Notes: generated by a model not told the origin, from the letters alone. A DNA stretch of 64,000 nt from Chloroflexota bacterium (GCA_965261345.1 OZ253449.1:704001-768000); one strand, 5' to 3'; counted from the stretch's first letter, positions 18,853 to 28,486 are shown. Program-made: numbers and translations.

Positions 18853-19694
18853 TCCATTGCAGCCAGACGGGTTGCTACCGAATTGAGAATCTCGCCCACC
18901 GCCGTCGCGGCGCCGGCCGCCGCCGCCATGACCTCCGCGTGCTCGTCCTGGGTGTTGGCCGACCCGGCAATGTTGGTGATCGTAGACAGCGCCATGACCC
19001 GAGCGCCGCTGTGGTGGGCAACGATCGCCTCGACCGCAGTGCTCATCCCGACCGCGTCGGCGCCCAGTACACCCAAGGCACCCACTTCGGCCCGCGTCTC
19101 GTAGGTTGGCCCCGAAACCTGGCAATAGACACCACTATGGACAGTGGTACCCACCCCGGCCGCGGCTTCGCCGGCCCACACGTAAAGTAAGGGATCGTAC
19201 AGGTTGGCGGTAGTCAGAAACCGCGGTCCCGGTCCGCAGTTGGGCCCGACCAGCGGATTTGCCCCCGCTAGGGCGGGCCAACAGATGTGATCGCGCACGA
19301 TCATCAGATCACCGGGCCGATAGCTTGGGTTGACCGCGCCAGCCGCGTTGGTAAGGAGAATCGCCTCGATGCCGCAGGCACAGAGCGACCGCACAAAATG
19401 GCAGATTTCGGCCATCGATCCGGTCTCGTAATAGTGCATTCGCCCCTGCAGGACGATCGCGACTGAACCGCCGATCTCGACGCCGACCACCCGGCCGGCG
19501 TGCCCGGCTACTCCCGCCTCGGCAATCCCGGGAATGTCACGGTAGGGTGTGGAACTAAGAGGCGGCCATGTATCGGCAATCGCCCCGAGGCCCGATCCAA
19601 GCACGATCGCCAGCCGAGGGGTCGATGGGAGCTGCTGCAGTATCGCCGCCGCGCTGCGACGGATTGATTCAGGGAAATTGGCGCGCGGCAGCAC
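18849..19694 (-). CDS. punA: Purine-nucleoside phosphorylase (trimeric type)
   Basis: VLGSGLG, QGRMHYYE, LTNAAG, GPTYETRAE, GADAVGMST, ITN. Confidence 0.92.
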   Translation of the reverse strand: MLPRANFPESIRRSAAAILQQLPSTPRLAIVLGSGLGAIADTWPPLSSTPYRDIPGIAEAGVAGHAGRVVGVEIGGSVAIVLQGRMHYYETGSMAEICHFVRSLCACGIEAILLTNAAGAVNPSYRPGDLMIVRDHICWPALAGANPLVGPNCGPGPRFLTTANLYDPLLYVWAGEAAAGVGTTVHSGVYCQVSGPTYETRAEVGALGVLGADAVGMSTAVEAIVAHHSGARVMALSTITNIAGSANTQDEHAEVMAAAAGAATAVGEILNSVATRLAAMD

Positions 19695-19701
19695 CGCGAT
19701 C

Positions 19702-20613
19702 TTACGAGCCTTTCAGGCGGTCGCCGGTCCGCGGATTCTTGCGTGCCATCTGCCGATACATGGCTGAGGCCGACCCGCTAACGTGCCCGAGCCGTTCGCG
19801 CACCGCGATCAGCGAGTCGACGTTACTGGCGACATTGGTCGCGAAGGTGTGTCGCAGTGTCCGCGGTGATACCTGCTTCTTAATTCCGGCCGCAAGTGCC
19901 AGGCGCTTTAGGATCAACCAAATCCCCTGGCGAGTGAGCCGTTCACCCCGTTGGTTGACAAAAAGCGCCCTCTGGTCGGGCCCCGCCACCGTGCGGCGCT
20001 GACCATAGATCCAGGACCGGAGAGCCTGCACCACGCGCGGACCGATCGGCTGATCGCGCTGTGACCGCAATCCCCGCCCGCAGCGTACGCTGGCCTCGGT
20101 CAGATCGATATCGGCGAGGTCTAATCGAATCACCTCGGTAGCCTGTACTCCGGTTGCGTACAGGATTTCCAGTATTGCTCGCTCACGCTGCGGGGCAAAT
20201 TCCCCTGGGCCGGTCATGGCCGCATCGATTAGGCGGTCGACGTCGCTGGTGGTTAGTACCTGTGGCGGAGGCAATCTCCGCCACGAACTCTGCATGCCGT
20301 CGGTCGGGTTGTCGTCCACCCTCCCGTTGGCGGTCAAGTAGCGGTACAGGGCGCGCAGTGACGCCATCTTGCGCGACTGGGTCGAGGACGCGTACCCGCG
20401 GGCAATTAGCATTTCCCGATAGTTGCCGATATCGGACTTTGGGACCTGCCAATCGTCACATCCGCAGGCATATAAAAAGTCGAGCAGCTGGGCAATGTCG
20501 GCAGCGTAGGCGGCGACGGTGTTTGGTGCTAACCCGCGCTCCTGGCGAAGGTGTTCTAGAAAATCACGGACATCGCTTGCAAATCGCTCTGGCGCCTTCG
20601 GTTCAGTCGCCAT
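19702..20613 (-). CDS. xerD: XerD-like tyrosine recombinase with a degenerate catalytic set
   Basis: ERGLAPNTVAAY, LYATGVQATE (R to Q), LTRQGIW, SPRTLRHTFAT (H to R), LGH...Y retained. Upstream of PNP, as in the Firmicutes xerD-deoB-punA arrangement. Confidence 0.75.
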   Translation of the reverse strand: MATEPKAPERFASDVRDFLEHLRQERGLAPNTVAAYAADIAQLLDFLYACGCDDWQVPKSDIGNYREMLIARGYASSTQSRKMASLRALYRYLTANGRVDDNPTDGMQSSWRRLPPPQVLTTSDVDRLIDAAMTGPGEFAPQRERAILEILYATGVQATEVIRLDLADIDLTEASVRCGRGLRSQRDQPIGPRVVQALRSWIYGQRRTVAGPDQRALFVNQRGERLTRQGIWLILKRLALAAGIKKQVSPRTLRHTFATNVASNVDSLIAVRERLGHVSGSASAMYRQMARKNPRTGDRLKGS

Positions 20614-20631
20614 TTTGATCCCTAATCGCCG

Positions 20632-21270
20632 CTAAAGATCTTCCACCAGGATGGCCCGGGCAGGCGCGCCGTCACCGCGCGCGATCTTGAGCGGCAGGCA
20701 AAACAGGTTGTAGTGCCCGGGGATGATGTTGGCCAAATCCAGTCCCTCAGCTATCGCCAGGCGATTGCCCAGGATCACCCGGTGCGTATCGAACCGCTTG
20801 GAATCCATTGGTTCGATCGAGAGATAGTCGATCCCGACTACCTTTACGCCACGATCTACGATCCAGCGCGCGCCGCCGGGCATCAGCGCCGAATACTGCG
20901 ATTGGTATTCGGGTTGTTTGAGTAGTTCCTTGGTTGAGTTTGAGGTCTTAATTAGCAGTCGGCGCACGCCGGGCGGAATGCGGGCTGCTTCAAGGTGTTC
21001 GCGCCCGATTTCCTCAACACCCAGGATTTCAGTCACATAAGCCGGCCCGCAGAGCATGTTTAAATCCAGCCGGTCAACCGTCATGGTGCCGTCAAAAAAG
21101 TGCGCCGGCGGATCAACATGGGTACCCGAATGGGTCCCCAGACTGAGCGTTGAGACGTTGCTGTTGCCGCCATTGACGATTCGAGTGGAAACATCAATTT
21201 CGATTGACGGCTCATCCGGGTGGGTCGGAGTGTCGCCGTCGAGTGGCATCGAAATGTCGTAAATACGCGT
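20632..21270 (-). CDS. Cyclase-family metal-dependent hydrolase (kynurenine formamidase-like); probable ACG start
   Basis: HSGTHVDPPAH, GIDYLSIE, EGLDL, GDGAPARAIL. AGGAG lies 7 nt before ACG-CGT-ATT-TAC-GAC (xRIYDISMPL). Confidence 0.88.
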   Translation of the reverse strand, partial: TRIYDISMPLDGDTPTHPDEPSIEIDVSTRIVNGGNSNVSTLSLGTHSGTHVDPPAHFFDGTMTVDRLDLNMLCGPAYVTEILGVEEIGREHLEAARIPPGVRRLLIKTSNSTKELLKQPEYQSQYSALMPGGARWIVDRGVKVVGIDYLSIEPMDSKRFDTHRVILGNRLAIAEGLDLANIIPGHYNLFCLPLKIARGDGAPARAILVEDL

Positions 21271-21363
21271 CTTGGTTCTCCTAAATCGCTTGCAAGATTC
21301 ACACCTGGGCGGCTGCGCGGCAACCCCTGACCGGGAGGCCTGTTGAGCGGCGTCGGGTTCAAT

Positions 21364-21391
21364 TATCGCGGGAAACATATTTATGTTAACT
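21364..21391 (+). other. dif-like Xer recombination site TATCGCGGGAA-ACATAT-TTATGTTAACT
   Basis: The right arm matches the E. coli (TTATGTTAAAT) and B. subtilis (TTATGTAAACT) right (XerD/RipX) arms at 10/11. 6-bp AT-rich core; left arm ends in GAA; intergenic, upstream of the xerD-containing operon. Confidence 0.55.
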
Positions 21392-21460
21392 TCAAAAATG
21401 TGCGGGCAGGCAATATTCCTGCCGCCCGAGCAAGAGTTGGCAACTGTCGCGGCAACGCAA

Positions 21461-22723
21461 ATGATCGAATGTGACCTGGCCTATGGCCGGGGTCGGCTTG
21501 CGCTGTCCCTGCCCAAAGGCGCCACTCGGGTAATCGCCCCGAAATTCCCGCCGCCGCTGGCCGAGCCGGAAGCGGTATTGCGAGCGGCCTTGGCCGAGCC
21601 GGTCGGTGCCGCGCCGCTGGCGCAATTGATCGGGCCCGACGAGAGCCTGGCAATCGTTTTTTGCGATTACACACGACCGGCGCCCTCGCGCTTGATGATT
21701 GAGGCCATCATCGATTCGCTCCCGCCCGGGCATGCCGGCGACATCTCATTGATAAATGCCCTAGGGTTGCACCGGCCCAACTCGCCAGCCGAGTTGGAGG
21801 AGATGCTCGGTCCCGGGCTACTTGCCCGCTTTGAGGTGGTGCAGGTCGATGCCGGATCGGCCGGCAGCTTTGCAAGCGTGGGAATGACCAGTTCGGGTCG
21901 TCCGGTTGCGCTCTGCCGGCAGTATGTCCAGGCGGACAGACGGATCACGACCGGATTCGTTGAACCGCATTTCTTTGCCGGGTTCTCCGGCGGAGCCAAA
22001 CTGACGCTTCCCGGGGTCGCCTCGCCCGAATCGATCATGGCCAACCACGATGCCCAGATGATCGATGATGCGAACTCGACCTGGGGTCGAACCGACACCA
22101 ACCCGATCTTCCGCGAACAGCGCGAAGCCGCCGCGCTTTGCCCGCCGGATCTGATCGTCAACGTAGCGCTCGACGCCCGGAAGAGGATCACCGCGGTCTA
22201 TTGCGGGGAGCTTACCGAGACTCACCGGCGCGCATGTCACGAGGTGGCAGCGTGCGCGAACGCACCGCTGGCCAACCGATTCGATTTGGTCATTAGCTCC
22301 AACAGCGGTTTTCCCTTGGACCAGAATTTTTACCAGGCGGTAAAGGGGTTATCGGCGGCTGCCCAGTTCGTGCGGCCGGGCGGAGATCTGGTCATCGCCA
22401 GCCAGTGTCAGGAGGGGGTTGGCCACGGCCATTTCGCCGCCTACTTGGCCCGCGGTCTGGCGCCGAAACACCTGCTGGCCCAGATCCGCCAACAACCCTG
22501 TCCGCGGGCCGATCAATGGCAAGCCCAGATTTTGGCCAAGGTTCTCGCCCGTGCGCGTGTGCACGTTCGTGCGGATGGGCTAAGCGACCGGCAGATCAGG
22601 TCCAGCGGATGCGAACCGTGCCACGACATTTCGGCACTGGCCGGGCGGTTGACGGGCGGACGGAGCGATTACTCGATCGCAGTTTTGCCCGAAGGGCCGC
22701 TAACCATCGCCATGCAAAAGTAA
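21461..22723 (+). CDS. larA: LarA-family nickel-pincer-dependent racemase/epimerase
   Basis: DYTRP, GLHRP, EPHFFAGFSGGAK, IMANH, GFPLDQNFYQAVKG, DQWQAQI, PEGP. Confidence 0.88.
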   Translation: MIECDLAYGRGRLALSLPKGATRVIAPKFPPPLAEPEAVLRAALAEPVGAAPLAQLIGPDESLAIVFCDYTRPAPSRLMIEAIIDSLPPGHAGDISLINALGLHRPNSPAELEEMLGPGLLARFEVVQVDAGSAGSFASVGMTSSGRPVALCRQYVQADRRITTGFVEPHFFAGFSGGAKLTLPGVASPESIMANHDAQMIDDANSTWGRTDTNPIFREQREAAALCPPDLIVNVALDARKRITAVYCGELTETHRRACHEVAACANAPLANRFDLVISSNSGFPLDQNFYQAVKGLSAAAQFVRPGGDLVIASQCQEGVGHGHFAAYLARGLAPKHLLAQIRQQPCPRADQWQAQILAKVLARARVHVRADGLSDRQIRSSGCEPCHDISALAGRLTGGRSDYSIAVLPEGPLTIAMQK

Positions 22724-22758
22724 AAGCCGGCCACGGCCCAAAATCGTCGACAAAAATC

Positions 22759-22838
22759 TATAATTGCCGGCCCAAATAACCCGGGGCCGCGCCCCGCGGG
22801 CCTCAATTGTTGGCGCCAGCAATCGTTCTGGGCGCCAA
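22759..22838 (+). promoter_or_regulatory. groESL promoter region: TATAAT -10 box and a CIRCE-like inverted repeat
   Basis: TATAAT at 22759-22764; TTGGCGCC-N13-GGCGCCAA at 22810-22838. Confidence 0.4.
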
Positions 22839-22862
22839 ACATGCAAAAAGGAAACCTTGCAC

Positions 22863-23153
22863 ATGAATCAAATCAAGCCGCTTGGCGATCGCCTCCTTAT
22901 CAAGCCGACCGAGCGCGAGGAGATGACTAGCTCCGGTCTCGTGCTGCCTGACACCGCCAAGGAAAAACCGATGGAGGGCCAGGTCGTGGCGGTTGGCCCG
23001 GGTGCGCGCAACGATAAGGGCGAACGAACCGAACTCGACGTTGCCGTCGGCAACACCGTGCTGTTTGCCAAATACGCCGGTACGGAATTTAAATCCGAAG
23101 GCGTCGAATACCTCATCATCGCCGAACGCGACGTATTAGCAATCGTTGGTTAG
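22863..23153 (+). CDS. groES: Co-chaperonin GroES
   Basis: [36 protein letters not shown]. Confidence 0.96.
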   Translation: MNQIKPLGDRLLIKPTEREEMTSSGLVLPDTAKEKPMEGQVVAVGPGARNDKGERTELDVAVGNTVLFAKYAGTEFKSEGVEYLIIAERDVLAIVG

Positions 23154-23210
23154 GCGCGGACTGGCAATCGCCAGCCCACGCCCATAGCCAAGTAGAAGGG
23201 CCGGCCCGCA

Positions 23211-24884
23211 ATGCCTCCTAAGGGAGTTAAATTTTCAGACGACGCGCGTCGCGAGTTGATCAAGGGCGTAGACCTGATCGGCGATATCGTCGGTTCCACG
23301 TATGGTCCGCGCGGTCGAAACGTGATGTACGAGCGCTTCCAGAGCGCGGAAGTAACTAACGACGGCGACAACATCGCCAAGCAGTTTTCCGAATCGTACT
23401 CGGACCCGTACATGAATATCGGAATCCAGATCGTAAAGGAAGCCGCGACCAAAACCGGTGATACGGTCGGTGACGGCACAACCGGTTCGGTGGTGCTGAC
23501 CCAGGCAATCGTCCAACAGGGGTTAAAGAACATCGCCGCCGGGGCAAATGCGATGATCCTAAAACGCGGCATCGACCGCGCAGCCAAGATCGCCCTCGAG
23601 AACATCCGCGAGATCGCCAAGCCGGTGGAGTCGGCTGAGGACATCGAACGCGTAGCCTCCATTGCCGCAAATGACCAAATGATCGGCGAGTACATCGCTG
23701 AGGTAATGGAGCGGGTTGGCAACGACGGATTGGTCCAGATCGACGAAAGCCGGACCGGCCAACCACTATCGGCTCGCTACGTAGAAGGCATGCAGCTCGA
23801 CAAGGGGTGGATTTCGCCGTACTTCGTCACGAACGCTGAGCGGATGGAAGCCTCCCTAGACAACCCGCGGGTACTACTGGTTGACAGCAAGATTTCGAGC
23901 GCTGAGGCTTTCGCTCCATACCTGGACCGGATCGTGGCGGCCGGAATCCGCAACCTGTTCATCGCCGCGCTCAACATTGAAGGCGACGCGCTGGCCCTAT
24001 TGATCATGAACAAGCTGCGCGGCAAACTCAACGTGGCAGCAGTAAAGGCACCTTCCTACGGCGAACGCATGCGCGCCATCCTAATGGATATCGGGGCGAT
24101 GACCGGAGCCACGGTTTTCTCCGATCATGTCGGGTTTTCCTGGCAGGAAGCCTCGGTCAACTGGCTCGGCCAGGCCGACCGCGTCACCATAGGTCGCCAA
24201 GCCTCCATCCTGCTGGAGAGCCCCGGCCACGACGCCGCGGTGCAGGCCCGGGCCGAGCAGATCCGGACCCAACTTGAGTCGACCGAATCGGATTGGGACC
24301 GCGAAAAGCTCGAGGAGCGATTGGCCAAATTGACGGGCGGGGTTGGGATCATCTCGATCGGCGCCGCTACCGACATCGAGTTGCGCGAACGCAAGTCTCG
24401 GGCCCAGGATGCGGTGTCGACAACCCGAGCGGCAATCCATGACGGAATAATCCCAGGAGGCGGAATTGGCTACCTGCGGGCCGCCCTGGCAATCGATCTC
24501 GAAGATTTTCCCGAGGGGGATGAGCGCACCGGGGCGGCGATTATCAAGACCGCACTGCAGGGTCCAATCCGCCGGATCGCCACCAACGCCGGATCAGTGC
24601 CATCGCTGGTAATCGATTCGGTTCTTGCCAACGACAACCAGTGGTACGGGTGGAACGCCAGCGCAGACGAGTTCGGAGATCTTTACGAAATCGGAATCGT
24701 GGATGCGGCCAGCGTGGCCTGCACCGCGCTCGGCAACGCAGTTTCGGCGGCCAGCATGTTGCTTACAACCGAAGCAATGGTCGCCGAGCTGCCGCAACCG
24801 GCAGCGCCCATTTCACCCGAAGCCATGGGTGGCATGGGTGGCATGGGCGGCATGGGCGGCATGGGTGGCATGGGCGGATTCTGA
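23211..24884 (+). CDS. groEL: Chaperonin GroEL (divergent)
   Basis: GPRGRNV, TNDG, GDGTTG, EGMQLDKGWISPYF, DREKLEERLAKL, MGG-repeat tail. Confidence 0.93.
   Translation: MPPKGVKFSDDARRELIKGVDLIGDIVGSTYGPRGRNVMYERFQSAEVTNDGDNIAKQFSESYSDPYMNIGIQIVKEAATKTGDTVGDGTTGSVVLTQAIVQQGLKNIAAGANAMILKRGIDRAAKIALENIREIAKPVESAEDIERVASIAANDQMIGEYIAEVMERVGNDGLVQIDESRTGQPLSARYVEGMQLDKGWISPYFVTNAERMEASLDNPRVLLVDSKISSAEAFAPYLDRIVAAGIRNLFIAALNIEGDALALLIMNKLRGKLNVAAVKAPSYGERMRAILMDIGAMTGATVFSDHVGFSWQEASVNWLGQADRVTIGRQASILLESPGHDAAVQARAEQIRTQLESTESDWDREKLEERLAKLTGGVGIISIGAATDIELRERKSRAQDAVSTTRAAIHDGIIPGGGIGYLRAALAIDLEDFPEGDERTGAAIIKTALQGPIRRIATNAGSVPSLVIDSVLANDNQWYGWNASADEFGDLYEIGIVDAASVACTALGNAVSAASMLLTTEAMVAELPQPAAPISPEAMGGMGGMGGMGGMGGMGGF
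24825..24878 (+). repeat. Six 9-bp ATGGGYGGN units encoding the GroEL (MGG)6 tail
   Basis: Read directly from the sequence. Confidence 0.9.
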
Positions 24885-24953
24885 GCCCAACTTCCGGGCC
24901 GACGGGCGGGCGGCTTCGTCGCCCGGCCACGTAACCGCTGGTACCGTGGTGCG

Positions 24954-26078
24954 TTGCCGCTAGCGAGTCATCACGCCGAAATCGTAATCATCGGCGGCGG
25001 TATCGTCGGAGCCGCGGCGTCCTACTACCTGGCCCGGGACGGAGTTTCCTGTCTGCTGGTCGAAGGGCGCCGAATCGCCGCCGGTGCATCCGGAAATGCC
25101 GCCGGACTGCTTAGTCCACCGTTGGGCGAACGCGCCGGTCCGGAGCTGGGGCCGCTCGCCCAGGCTGGATTCGAACTGCACACCAACCTGCCGCATGAGC
25201 TGTTCAACTCCGCCGGCTCAGAATATGGCCATCACCGATCGCCCAGCCTGGTAGTGGCGCCCACCCCGGCGGTGGCCGGGCAATTGCAGAGCCTGCTTGA
25301 GCAGCCTGGATCGATTCTTCGGGGAGCCCACTGGTTGGATCCGGAGCCGGCAGCGGAGTTGTGCGGCTGGATTGACCAGCCGATCGCCGGGGCCATCTGC
25401 CAGCCGCAGGCGGCCAGCGTTGATCCTTGCGCCCTAACCAACGCATTCATCAAAGCCGCCTCGCGTGCGGGTGCCCGGCTTGCATTCGACCAGGTTGAAG
25501 CGATTGCGGGCGGTGGCGGGCGATTTACGGTTACCGGCAGCAGCGGAAAGCGTTACATCGGGGGGCAACTGCTGCTGGCGGCGGGCCCGTGGTCAAGCGC
25601 GCTCGGCCAAATGCTAAATTTCCGCATCCCGGTTTCCCCGCTCAAGGGCCAGATTCTGCGGTTGGCCGTCCCCGGGCCGTTCTGCCCGGTGGGATTTTCG
25701 GATCCGCATGGCAATTACCTCTCTCCGAGGGCCGATGGTCAGGTCTGGATCGGCACCACCGAGGAGACGGTCGGCTTCGACAGCTCCACCACAATCCGGG
25801 CGCGAGAACAAATTCTTGGCCAAGCGCGGAGCTATTGCTCGCGGATCGATCTGGCCGAAGTCCTCGTTCAGACCGCCTGTCTGCGCCCGGTGACACCCGA
25901 CGGTCTGCCGCTGATCGGACCGGTACCGGGCCTGGAGGGGGTTTGGATCTGCGGGGGGCACGGCCGGGCCGGAATACTGCTCGGTCCGATAAGTTCGCGC
26001 GAGCTTTGCGCCCGAATACAGGGCCACTCCGGTTCGCTCGACCTTGCGCAATTTACCCCCGGCCGCTTCTGGAGTTAA
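24954..26078 (+). CDS. FAD-dependent oxidoreductase, DAO/glycine oxidase (ThiO-like) family
   Basis: IIGGGIVG, ASGNAAGLL, AAGPWS, PLKGQI, LRPVTPDGLPLIG, GHGRAGI. Confidence 0.85.
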   Translation: MPLASHHAEIVIIGGGIVGAAASYYLARDGVSCLLVEGRRIAAGASGNAAGLLSPPLGERAGPELGPLAQAGFELHTNLPHELFNSAGSEYGHHRSPSLVVAPTPAVAGQLQSLLEQPGSILRGAHWLDPEPAAELCGWIDQPIAGAICQPQAASVDPCALTNAFIKAASRAGARLAFDQVEAIAGGGGRFTVTGSSGKRYIGGQLLLAAGPWSSALGQMLNFRIPVSPLKGQILRLAVPGPFCPVGFSDPHGNYLSPRADGQVWIGTTEETVGFDSSTTIRAREQILGQARSYCSRIDLAEVLVQTACLRPVTPDGLPLIGPVPGLEGVWICGGHGRAGILLGPISSRELCARIQGHSGSLDLAQFTPGRFWS

Positions 26079-26146
26079 ATCGCCTCTGGCCGGCAACATT
26101 GTCAGAATTTATAGCGTTCAACTTTCAACATACGGTGCAATCGTAG

Positions 26147-27319
26147 ATGCCGCTTGGTCAATACCTGTCACGCCACGGACGCCATCGCCACCATCTCGAT
26201 CAGGCCGAGCAGATTGCAACCTCTGCTCCGGTCCGATTTCAACTGGGCGCCGGCCAACCAGATCCCGGATCAATGCCGCTAGACGACTTGGCCGAATCGG
26301 CCCGGGCGGTCCTTAGCACCGACCACAGCGCCCTGCTGTACGGTGGCGGGCAAGGGTATGAGCCGCTGCGCGACCTAATTGTCGAAAAAACGCTGCGCCT
26401 TGAGAACCTCAATATCAGCCCGCAGAACCTGCTGATTAGCAACGGGGCGGCGCAGGCTTTGGGCCTGCTTGCCACCGCCGTATTGGATCCGGGCGACCGG
26501 GTCCTAATCGACGAAGCCAGTTGGGGCGCTTCATTCTTTAGCGGATTTGGTGCCGAATTGATTCCGATTCGCTGGGACGACGAGGGCCCCCTGCTGGCCG
26601 ATGTCGAACGCGCCTGCCGGGCGGGTCCAATCAAATTTTTCTACACGATACCGACCTTCCAGAATCCGCTTGGCATAACTGCCAGTCTGGCCCGCCGGAG
26701 GGCAATCCTGGAACTGGCCCGCCGGTTCGGTTTTTTACTCGTAGAGGATGACGCCTATTACGAGCTGCGATTTGCCGGTAAATCGGTTCCCAGCCTGTAT
26801 CAACTGGCCAATGGGGAGGGAGTGGTTCGAACCGGAACCTTTTCAAAAATTTTGGGGGCCGGCGTCCGCTTGGGCTGGGCGATGGCCGACCCGGCCACGA
26901 TCAGCCTGCTCGCCGCGCACAAGTACGACCTGGGGGCGAGCCCGTTTACCAGCCGGATAGTGGTTAATTTCATGGGCGAACACATGTATCGCCACATTCA
27001 AAAATTACAGGTCGTCTATCGCGATAAGTGCGACGCCCTGCTCGAGGTGCTGGGCGCAAATCTACCCCAACCGGAATTTTCCTGGTCGCAGCCCGAGGGT
27101 GGTTTCTACTGCTGGATCAAGCTGCCCGAAGGAGTCTGTGCGCTCTCCAGTGAGCGATTGCTGGCCGAGCGGGGGGTGGAACTCTGGGCCGGTTCGTGGT
27201 TTCGTCCCACCCCCGGCGAGGACGGTCACTTGCGGGTCGCCTATTCGTTCGCCAGCCTGCCCCAAATTCGTGCCGGTGCTGACATCATCTGCCAGGTATT
27301 GCGCCAGCAGGCAAAATGA
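26147..27319 (+). CDS. PLP-dependent aminotransferase class I/II (LysN/Aro8-like)
   Basis: YTIPTFQNPLG, EDDAY, GTFSKILGAGVRLGW, PEGGFYCW. Confidence 0.88.
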   Translation: MPLGQYLSRHGRHRHHLDQAEQIATSAPVRFQLGAGQPDPGSMPLDDLAESARAVLSTDHSALLYGGGQGYEPLRDLIVEKTLRLENLNISPQNLLISNGAAQALGLLATAVLDPGDRVLIDEASWGASFFSGFGAELIPIRWDDEGPLLADVERACRAGPIKFFYTIPTFQNPLGITASLARRRAILELARRFGFLLVEDDAYYELRFAGKSVPSLYQLANGEGVVRTGTFSKILGAGVRLGWAMADPATISLLAAHKYDLGASPFTSRIVVNFMGEHMYRHIQKLQVVYRDKCDALLEVLGANLPQPEFSWSQPEGGFYCWIKLPEGVCALSSERLLAERGVELWAGSWFRPTPGEDGHLRVAYSFASLPQIRAGADIICQVLRQQAK

Positions 27320-27385
27320 CTCCAGGGGCGCAAAATCGCAGGTGGGCTCGTTAATAATGGGCCAAAGCGGACGGAGGGGGAAACT

Positions 27386-28447
27386 TTGAGAGAAAACTTG
27401 GAGACGACCAGGCTCGATCACCTGGCGCTTGAGGATTTCAGCAGCCAATTGTTCCAGTCCTGCGGGGTCAATAGCAAAAACGCGGAATTGACCGCCCGCA
27501 GCTTGGTATGGGCCGATTTGCGCGGCGTCTATTCGCACGGCGTTGTCCGCCTTCAACCCTCATATCTGCAATCTCTAACGACCGGGATGTTAAATCCCAC
27601 TCCGCAAATCAGTACGGTAGCCGACGGGCCGGCGTTTGCGATCCTGGATGGCGATGGCGGCCTGGGACAGACGGTAGCCAATGACGCCATGGCGGCGGCG
27701 ATCGAGAAGGCGCGAGTTTGCGGAATCGGCCTCAGTACAGTCTTTAACGGGCGCCATTTCGGCGCCGCCGCCTACTGGCCGATGCTGGCCGCCGAACAGC
27801 AGATGATCGGGTTTTCCTGTTCTAACGGCGCCAAGGTCAACACCGCCCCCTATGGTGGCGCGCGGTCGTCGCTGGGCAACAACCCCCACGCCTGGGTATT
27901 TCCGGCGGGGTCCGACCGCCCGGTCATCTTGGATATGGCGACCGGTGTCGCCGCGTTCGGGAAGGTAATGATGGCCCGTCTGCACCGGATGCCGCTGCCC
28001 GAAGGGTGGTGCTTGGATGCTGACGGCAACGACACGACCAATGCCGACGCCGCGGTCACGATGCTCCCGGCCGGCGGACCGAAAGGGTACGCAATCGGTT
28101 ACGTATTCGATCTGCTCTCAGGAGCGTTGTCGGGGGCATTGACTTCAACCATCAAATCTCTGGGCGGTGTGACCGGCCAGGAGGCCATCCAATCGGGGAT
28201 GACCTTTATGGCGATCAACGTTGCGGCGATGACCGATTACGGAAAATACGAACACGTCGTTGACGAAAATGCCAGATTGATGCGGCAAACTGTCCCGCGG
28301 CCCGGGTTTGAACGGGTTTTTGTTCCGGGCGAGATCGAATGGTCTACTTATGACGACCGCATCGACAACGGAATTCCAACCTCCGATGCGGAGTTGGGTG
28401 TGCTAACGCAGATGGGTGCCGACCACGGGGTCGCGACCTTCTGGTAA
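27386..28447 (+). CDS. Ldh_2-family (ComC/AllD-like) 2-hydroxyacid dehydrogenase
   Basis: ADLRGVYSHGV, DGDGGLG, HFGAA, GNNP, LDMAT, GGPKGY, VPGEIE. Confidence 0.88.
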   Translation: MRENLETTRLDHLALEDFSSQLFQSCGVNSKNAELTARSLVWADLRGVYSHGVVRLQPSYLQSLTTGMLNPTPQISTVADGPAFAILDGDGGLGQTVANDAMAAAIEKARVCGIGLSTVFNGRHFGAAAYWPMLAAEQQMIGFSCSNGAKVNTAPYGGARSSLGNNPHAWVFPAGSDRPVILDMATGVAAFGKVMMARLHRMPLPEGWCLDADGNDTTNADAAVTMLPAGGPKGYAIGYVFDLLSGALSGALTSTIKSLGGVTGQEAIQSGMTFMAINVAAMTDYGKYEHVVDENARLMRQTVPRPGFERVFVPGEIEWSTYDDRIDNGIPTSDAELGVLTQMGADHGVATFW

Positions 28448-28486
28448 ACCCGGTTTTTTGGGATTGAATTTCTAAAGGAATAACCT

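Noticed and set aside
24825-24878. Short tandem repeat as a possible CRISPR or VNTR
   Set aside because: It is the ordinary GroEL MGG tail. No CRISPR array was seen anywhere in the window.
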